A DNA stretch of 64,000 bases, taken from positions 22,198,001-22,262,000 of the forward strand of contig NW_024704743.1 in NCBI RefSeq assembly GCF_018977255.1. Direction: 5' to 3'. The notes under the pieces are model-generated. The model was given only the letters and a program-made list of their open reading frames with translations. It did not search any database and was not told the origin of the DNA. The DNA comes from Callorhinchus milii (taxonomy: Eukaryota). Made by a program: the position numbers and the translations under genes. Below are positions 62,801 to 64,000 of the stretch, in pieces (the stretch's first letter is position 1; each line of letters opens with the position of its first letter).

Positions 62801-64000
62801 GAGTGCTCCTTGCTGTGCTGCAATGGCTCAGCTTTTGCAGTTTTAGGCAATGCACTCTCGGTGGGATGTCTCACTGCCACTGGATGAAACACGACTTTGG
62901 ACATAGAGACTTGCAAGTTCGTCCATCCGTTCATCTACAAAATATACAATCACTCGACTTTACAGTGTACCCTGTGAAGAGCTATGAGACGTCCTCCCAA
63001 CATGAAAGGCGCTATACCACCGTAAGGATTATTATTTTACAGTCTTTTTTATCCACTACCATCAATAAGAGAAATTCCACAAATTACATTTATATAGCAC
63101 CTTTCAAACCGTGGGGGGGGGTGGGGATGGAGGGTGGGAGGTGGCAAGGTAGGTGTCCCAAGAAGCTGTACAGTCAGGGATTTGGACCCGAGCAGGCGGT
63201 TGGGATCAGGGTGGGTGGAGGGCGGGGAAGTTAGGGGTAAGCGGGTAACAATCACAACAGCACGATTCATTTTCCAAATCCAGTTACAACTGAGCTCAGA
63301 TAAATCCTTCTATCGGGGCAATCCCAATGTAGTGGATAGAGCTGCAACTTACGGACTCGGAAGAAGGAAGAAATGAAGAAGGGAAATGAAAAGGCTCATC
63401 CTCAAAGTAAGTAATTTTTCCCTGCCTTGTTTTATCAAGTGAAGGAATTATTAAGTGAAAGAAAGGGAGAAATGAGGAGGAATTTTATACACGGATGTTG
63501 TTTGGGATGTGGAATACCGTGCAGAGTTCGGTGGTCGAGGCAGAATCCATATTCCAATCGGGAACGAGATAGGTAAGTAAAAAATAGTAATTTGCTGCAG
63601 CACTGCTGACTTAAACTAGGAGCAGGATACAGGGACTCAGAAACATGTCCATCTGGTCACCCAACCTTTTCACCACCACCACCACCACCGATAACCAGGA
63701 AATTCACGAGGAATATATTGGAACACATTAGATGTCAGCCTGGCTCAGTTGGTAGCACTCTCACCTCTGAGTCACAAAGTTGATGGGTTTAAGGCCCACG
63801 TCAGGACTTTGAACACAGTCTAGACTGACACTCCAGTGCAGTGCTGGGGGTGTGCTGCATTGCTGATAGGGTCTGCGCTGGAGGTGTCCTATATTATGCT
63901 ACAATACAATGCACTGGGCTGCAGAAATCTTAGTATTTAGTTTTAGAGAAGGTGCTTGTATCTTGTACGTTAATAGCATTTCAAGACTGCAATCTCATTC

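Overview
Repeat-rich vertebrate DNA, inferred from its tRNA-derived Deu-type SINEs, L2/CR1 LINEs and palindromic repeats to be a cartilaginous fish, probably a chimaera. The right half (about 30-64 kb) holds the 3' end of ELMO1 on the minus strand. Six coding exons splice in frame with canonical GT/AG sites and end in ...NYDFVYDCN*, followed by a 3'UTR of about 1 kb. The large upstream intron contains a candidate internal promoter for a 247-aa short isoform. The left 26.5 kb has no intact gene. When it is translated by hand across stops and frameshifts, its non-repeat DNA repeatedly shows the ordered motifs of ecto-ADP-ribosyltransferases (ARTC family). I count about 8 well-supported and several weaker decayed copies on both strands, which suggests a dead ART gene cluster that the ORF track does not show. 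Other observations: a possible Myb/SANT (Harbinger-type) relic, a candidate 15-nt poison microexon in ELMO1, a tandem array of a SINE A-box, long hairpins, and two L2 copies sharing the same frameshifts. All homology calls come from remembered consensus motifs, not from database searches.
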